Both the position numbers and the translations under genes were made by a program. This document shows, in pieces, positions 62,911 through 64,000 of a stretch of 64,000 nucleotides of DNA; the first letter of the stretch is position 1, and every line of letters starts with the position of its first letter. The stretch is from Lewinellaceae bacterium (lineage in GTDB: Bacteria; Bacteroidota; Bacteroidia; Chitinophagales; Saprospiraceae). The notes under the pieces were generated by a model. The model was not told where the DNA came from. It saw only the letters and a program-made list of their open reading frames with translations, and did not search any database. Location of the stretch: positions 5,733 through 69,732 of the forward strand of contig JACJYP010000006.1 in the NCBI GenBank assembly GCA_020636045.1. Reading direction: 5' to 3'.

Positions 62911-64000
62911 TCAGACGATAGGTGTGACAAAGGGCAGTTTCACCAGTTCCGCGTCCAGTTTTTTCCCGCCTGCCACGATCCTGATCTTGGTGCCGGGCAG
63001 GGCATATTTTACCTTTACATAACCCATCCCGATGGGCTTGTCGAGGGTGGGAGAGTGGGTACCGGAACTGACAACGCCGATCTTTGCACCGCGCCGGCTT
63101 TCGATCTCGTAGCCGTGGCGCGGCACACGCCGGTCGTCGACGAGAAAGGCTACAAGGCGGCGACGCACGCCGTTGGCTTTTTGCTTCAGCAGCCGCTCTT
63201 TCGAAGGGAAATCTTCCGCTTTGCCCAGTTTGGTGATCCATCCGAGGCCTGCTTCCAGCGGGCTGGTTTTGTCGTCGATATCGTTGCCGTAAAGGCAGTA
63301 TCCCATTTCGAGGCGCAGCGTGTCGCGGGCGCCCAGGCCGGCGGGTTTGATGCCCCACTTTTCACCGTTTTTGAACACTTTATCCCAGATCTTGACCAGA
63401 TCCCGGTTTTTGGCGTATATCTCGAATCCGCCTGAACCGGTATAACCCGTAGCTGATACGATGACGTTGTTGCATCCGGCGAAGCGGCCGCGCACGAAAG
63501 TGTAATATTTGATGCTTTTCAGGTCGATATCGGTCAGTTTTTGCAGGGCATCGACTGCCTTGGGGCCCTGTACTGCGATCAGGCCTGTTTTGGCGGAAAT
63601 GTTCTGGAGTTTCACCTCGAAGCCGCGCGACAGTCGCCGGAGCCAGCGCCAGTCCTTTGTTTCGTTGCTGGCGTTCACCACGAGCATGTACGACTGTTCG
63701 CCCTCAACGGTCATTTCGGGTGCGTCATCGAGCCGGTATACCAACAGGTCGTCGACAATGCCGCCCTTTTTATTGGGCATGCAGGAATACTGGACCTCGC
63801 CCGGTTTGAGTTTGCCTACGTCGTTGGAAGTTGCGCTTTGCAAAAACACCGTAGCGTCTTTTCCACGCACGATGAATTCGCCCATGTGGCTCACGTCGAA
63901 CACCCCCACACCGGTGCGCACGCCGTGGTGCTCGTCGGTGATGGATGTATAGGAGATCGGCATGTTGTAGCCGGCAAATTCGGCCATTTTCGCTCCCAGT
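62911..64000 (-). CDS. gcvT: Glycine cleavage system aminomethyltransferase GcvT (N-terminus beyond the window end)
   Basis: FAGYNMPISY, GVFDVSHMGEF, GYTGSGGFEIY, ARDTLRLEMGYCLYGNDI and GVVSSGTHSPTL are canonical GcvT segments. The frame remains open to base 64000 and typical GcvT has ~10 more N-terminal residues. Confidence 0.93.
   Translation of the reverse strand, partial: LGAKMAEFAGYNMPISYTSITDEHHGVRTGVGVFDVSHMGEFIVRGKDATVFLQSATSNDVGKLKPGEVQYSCMPNKKGGIVDDLLVYRLDDAPEMTVEGEQSYMLVVNASNETKDWRWLRRLSRGFEVKLQNISAKTGLIAVQGPKAVDALQKLTDIDLKSIKYYTFVRGRFAGCNNVIVSATGYTGSGGFEIYAKNRDLVKIWDKVFKNGEKWGIKPAGLGARDTLRLEMGYCLYGNDIDDKTSPLEAGLGWITKLGKAEDFPSKERLLKQKANGVRRRLVAFLVDDRRVPRHGYEIESRRGAKIGVVSSGTHSPTLDKPIGMGYVKVKYALPGTKIRIVAGGKKLDAELVKLPFVTPIV

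Overview
This 64-kb window looks like ordinary chromosomal backbone from a fairly GC-rich member of Bacteroidota. The phylum call rests on five secreted proteins with type-A T9SS C-terminal sorting domains, a PorW/SprE-like TPR lipoprotein, a MurF::Alr fusion, DUF5777 and DUF2490 barrels, and TAnnTTTG -7 boxes ahead of several genes. I support about 50 protein genes and one tRNA (anticodon CAT). I saw no rRNA, CRISPR array, transposase, integrase or phage genes.

Recognisable content, left to right:
- A leader-cleaving export cassette: MBL hydrolase, C39-ABC transporter, HlyD adaptor and a secreted esterase.
- The tRNA, then an Asp-box propeller protein.
- MurF::Alr, TsaE and Ald.
- A radical SAM/SPASM gene abutting a MazG-like gene.
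- An ATP-grasp gene convergent on the rpsF-rpsR-rplI operon.
- An alpha-glucan phosphorylase.
- A methyltransferase with an Opu-type ABC importer.
- A VOC protein, an ABC ATPase and an ABC-2 permease fused to an M1 peptidase.
- A CNNM-type transporter, two ECF sigma factors and a T9SS M4 protease.
- arsR-arsC, folA and a purine nucleoside phosphorylase.
- A five-gene envelope cluster: DUF5777, YceI, an OB-fold protein and two cytochrome-c lipoproteins.
- uvrA, a giant Asp-box T9SS protein, a T9SS GH13 amylase and a GT4 glycosyltransferase.
- PorW/SprE, an M23 peptidase and a partial gcvT.

Nothing here is a clear-cut new system. The best candidates for a second look are:
- the VOC / ABC / permease::M1-peptidase operon;
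- the five-gene envelope cluster with a CX4CH heme site;
- the export cassette with no substrate peptide in view, followed by a 21-bp tandem repeat that also reads as a Cys/Val heptad peptide;
- an AT-rich patch of orphan membrane ORFs;
- a 48-residue poly-lysine insert in PorW/SprE.

All family assignments come from reading motifs by eye. No searches were run.
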